From Deltaproteobacteria bacterium (GTDB lineage: Bacteria > Myxococcota > JACRCW01): a stretch of DNA of 20,000 nt. The notes under the pieces are model-generated. The model saw only the letters and a list, made by a program, of their open reading frames with translations. It had not been told where the DNA came from and did not search any database. The position numbers and the translations under genes are program-made. Below, piece by piece: positions 17,250-20,000 of this stretch. Every line of letters starts with the position of its first letter. The stretch's first letter is position 1. The stretch lies in contig JACRCW010000153.1 in the NCBI GenBank assembly GCA_016218805.1, positions 59,023-79,022 on the forward strand, read 5' to 3'.

Positions 17250-18079
17250 GCGCCGGCTTGCCGCCTGCGGGGCGGCGCGCCCACACTCCTGCCGTGCCGG
17301 GTTTCACCTTCCTCCTGCCGCCCACGCGCGGTGATCAACCGGAGCGCCGCGCGGAAGCGTGGGACGCGCTGCGCTCGCGCGGCTGCATCGGCGTGCGGCG
17401 CGCCGCCAGCTACGAGGCAATGGTCACCGAGCTGGGCTCAGGCGGGGTGCAGGTGGCGTGGGCGCCGCCGCTGCTGTGCGCGCGCACCGAGCGGGACGGT
17501 GGGCGCGTGATCCTGCAGTGCGTTCGCGGTGGGAGCCGGTCCTACCGGTCCGCGCTGTTCACGCGGGTGGACGGCGGCGTGACGCTGGACACCCTCTCCG
17601 GGCGCACGGTGGCCTGGACGGACCGCGAATCCATGGCGGGCCACCTGCTGCCGCGCGCGTTCCTGCAGAGCCGCGGGGTGTCCCCGCCGGTCACCTTTGC
17701 GCGGCAGCTGTTCCTGGGGTCCCTGCAGGCGTGCGTGCGCGCGGTGCTGGAGGGCCAGGCGGACCTGTCATCCGGGTACGCGTCCGTGCGGGCGGCGCGG
17801 CGCACGCGCCATGGCCATGAGGATGTGGCCGGCCCGCGGGCCCATGAGCTGCTGGTGCTGGGCTACACGGAGGAGTGCCCGCATGACGGCGTGGTGCTGT
17901 CGCCCGCGCTCGCTCCGGCCGAGGCGGACGCGCTGGAGACGCGGTTTGGCGAACTGATGCAGGACCCCACGGCGGGGCCCTTGTTGTCCCGCGCGCTGGA
18001 GGTGGACCACCTGATGCCGGCGGCGCCGGGCGCGTTCCGCCGCGTGCTGGCCCTGGTGGGCGAGGACCCGGCCGCCTGA
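17246..18079 (+). CDS. PhnD/SsuA-fold substrate-binding-like protein without signal peptide
   Basis: SYEAMV..L.SG.VQVAWAPP, SYRSALF, LSGRTVAWTDRESMAGHLLPR, RAVLEGQAD and PHDGVV match the PhnD pattern. The first possible GTG overlaps the rhomboid TGA; alternative GTG at 17294. Confidence 0.8.
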   Translation: MSAGLPPAGRRAHTPAVPGFTFLLPPTRGDQPERRAEAWDALRSRGCIGVRRAASYEAMVTELGSGGVQVAWAPPLLCARTERDGGRVILQCVRGGSRSYRSALFTRVDGGVTLDTLSGRTVAWTDRESMAGHLLPRAFLQSRGVSPPVTFARQLFLGSLQACVRAVLEGQADLSSGYASVRAARRTRHGHEDVAGPRAHELLVLGYTEECPHDGVVLSPALAPAEADALETRFGELMQDPTAGPLLSRALEVDHLMPAAPGAFRRVLALVGEDPAA

Positions 18080-18101
18080 CGGCCGCCGCGTGGGTGCGCC
18101 G

Positions 18102-18932
18102 TCACGGCGCCGGTGCGGGGGCCCCGCTGGCCGGGCCGCGGGGGCGCCCGGGGTGGTGGATGACGTCCCCCAGCTGCCGCATCCACGCCAGCTCCTCCTC
18201 CGTCATGGGACCGCGCTGCAGTCCGGCCAGGTTGTCCGCAAGCTGGGCCCGCGTGGCCGGACCGGTGAGCGTGAAGGCCACCGCCGGGTGGCTCAAAGAG
18301 AACCGGTAGCAGTCCGCCGCGTCCGGGACCTTGCCCTGCCACCCGCGGGGCGCGCGCAGCAGCTGGCGCCAGGACGTGGCGGTGTAGGCGCAGACAAACC
18401 GGCGCTCCAGCGGGACGTGCGGGAACACCTCCGTCTCCGCCCCGCGGTGCACCGCGTTGTACCGGACCTGCAACATGTCCAGCGGGCTGTCCGCCGCCAG
18501 CCGGGCCGCACGTGCCCGGTCGTGGATGGTCACGCCCAGCGCGCGGATCTTTCCTTCGGCGCGCAGCTGCTGCAGCGTATCCAGCACGCCGCGCGTGTCC
18601 CACGACGTCACTCCCAGCCAGAACATCTGGAAGACGTCAATGTAGTCCGTGTTCAGTTCCCGCAGGAGCGCTTCCACCCGTGCGCGGTAGTGGAACCCAA
18701 ACGGCCCCCCGGTCCCCGCCACCAGGATGATGCGCTCGCGGCGGCTGGCCAGCGCCGCGCGGACGCCTTCGCGTGCCGGCCGGCAGCGCATCCCCGGCCA
18801 GAACAGGCAGTTCACGCCCGCATCACACGCCGCGCGGACACCGTCACTGTCAATCCCGTAATTGCACGCCAGGCCCAGCGGGAAAGCCGCCTTTCCCACC
18901 ACCGGCAGCTGGCGCTCCTGGAAACCGGACAT
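18102..18932 (-). CDS. Aldo/keto reductase-fold protein, apparently non-catalytic
   Basis: PLGL, LRELNTDYIDVF, LRAEGKIRALGVT, QVRYN and TGPATRAQLADNL match the AKR scaffold; GGAGG RBS upstream. Confidence 0.85.
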   Translation of the reverse strand: MSGFQERQLPVVGKAAFPLGLACNYGIDSDGVRAACDAGVNCLFWPGMRCRPAREGVRAALASRRERIILVAGTGGPFGFHYRARVEALLRELNTDYIDVFQMFWLGVTSWDTRGVLDTLQQLRAEGKIRALGVTIHDRARAARLAADSPLDMLQVRYNAVHRGAETEVFPHVPLERRFVCAYTATSWRQLLRAPRGWQGKVPDAADCYRFSLSHPAVAFTLTGPATRAQLADNLAGLQRGPMTEEELAWMRQLGDVIHHPGRPRGPASGAPAPAP

Positions 18933-19017
18933 TGCCGCCCTCCACCTCGCGCGGGGCGCGCTCCGCCACCCCGCGCCCGTTGCTGTTGCACCTGCGCCCG
19001 GCCTGCGCCGGCGCGCC

Positions 19018-20000
19018 CTACCCCTCCAGTTCCAGCACCTGCACGCTCCCCGTGCGCCCCTTCACCGGCTGCGCGCCCAGGTCCGCAAAGCGGAACCGCT
19101 CGCCCAGCAGGGACGCCGTCCCCCGCCCAACCAGCACCTGCCCGCCTTTGGCCAGCGCCTGCAGCCGGTCCGCCACGTTCACCGCGTCGCCAATGGCGGT
19201 GAAATCCATGCGCTCCGCGCTGCCCACGTTTCCCAGCAGCACCTCGCCCGTGTTGATGCCAATGCCCACCTCAATGGGCTCCAGCCCTTCTGCGCGGCGC
19301 GCCTCGCTGACCTTGCGGATTTCCGCCTTGATGGCCAGCGCCGCCCGGCACGCGCTGCCCGCGTTGTCCGCCGGGCTGCGGTTGGCCGCAAACAACGCCA
19401 TCACCTTGTCGCCCACGAATTTGTCGATAAACCCCCCGTGCGCGAAAATACCGTCAATCATCGCCGTCAGGTACTGGTTGAGCACCCGGTGCAGCATTTC
19501 CGGTGTCATCCCCTCCGCCAGCCCGGTGAACCCGCGGATGTCCGCAAACAGGATGGTGCACACGCGCCGCTCGCCCCCCAGCCCCAGCGGTTGCGCGCGC
19601 GCCAGCAGCCGCTGCACCAGGTCGCGTGACACGTAGCGGCTGAACTGGTCAATGAGCAGCTCGCGCTCAGTGACGTCGTCCACCACCACCACCGTGCCCT
19701 GGGACGCCCCGCTGTCGTCCTTCATCTGCTGCGCCTGCACGGTCACCGCGCGCTCGCGCCCGCCACGGAAGCGCAGCCGCATCTTGGTCAGCGGCAGCCG
19801 CCCCAGCGCGGACACCGTGGTCACCAGATCCGTGACGTCCATCCCCTCCACGTCCGCCAGCGCCTCCGCCACCGGCCGCCCCAACACCTCCTCCGCCGGC
19901 TTGCCGGCAATCTGCTCCAGGCGGTTGGTGTACATGCTCACGCGCCGGTGCGGCGGCCCCTCCACCACCAGCAGCCCGCTGGTCAGCGAATCAATCACCC
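19018..20000 (-). CDS. PAS-domain class III adenylate cyclase, C-terminal part (start lies beyond right edge)
   Basis: PAS (VIDSLTSGLLVV...YTN...EEVLGRP...VVVDDVTER) followed by FSRYVS, TILFADIRGFT, IDKFVGDKVMALF, GIGINTG and DFTAIGDAVNVADRLQ. Frame is open to the window edge. Confidence 0.93.
   Translation of the reverse strand, partial: VIDSLTSGLLVVEGPPHRRVSMYTNRLEQIAGKPAEEVLGRPVAEALADVEGMDVTDLVTTVSALGRLPLTKMRLRFRGGRERAVTVQAQQMKDDSGASQGTVVVVDDVTERELLIDQFSRYVSRDLVQRLLARAQPLGLGGERRVCTILFADIRGFTGLAEGMTPEMLHRVLNQYLTAMIDGIFAHGGFIDKFVGDKVMALFAANRSPADNAGSACRAALAIKAEIRKVSEARRAEGLEPIEVGIGINTGEVLLGNVGSAERMDFTAIGDAVNVADRLQALAKGGQVLVGRGTASLLGERFRFADLGAQPVKGRTGSVQVLELEG

Noticed and set aside
17246..18079. 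Phosphonate ABC transporter operon
   Set aside because: No phnC/phnE-like genes, no export signal and degenerate binding residues.

Overview
GC-rich (~70% by eye), densely coding bacterial chromosome segment. It is most likely from a Myxococcota-type organism, given two MYXO-CTERM-like tails and an AgmX/PglI-type C-terminal domain. Gene order: 5' part of gyrA (-, runs off the left edge, absent from the ORF track); single-domain response regulator (+); 669-aa hypothetical protein with a possible atypical kinase-like C-terminal half (-); M28 peptidase, VIT-vWA-AgmX/PglI protein and PLP aminotransferase (+); Ig-like lipoprotein and SRPBCC-like protein (-); SulP-STAS-cNMP transporter, M6-like metalloprotease and purple-acid-phosphatase-like protein, the last two with MYXO-CTERM (+); small membrane protein (-); rhomboid-TPR protease and PhnD-fold protein (+); AKR-fold protein lacking its catalytic tetrad and a PAS-adenylate cyclase running off the right edge (-). 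I found no RNA genes, CRISPR arrays or mobile elements. The best leads are the putative divergent kinase, the rhomboid/PhnD-like pair beside the MYXO-CTERM hydrolases, the pseudo-AKR downstream of the cyclase, and strong TCGA avoidance. All calls come from motif reading by eye; no searches were run.
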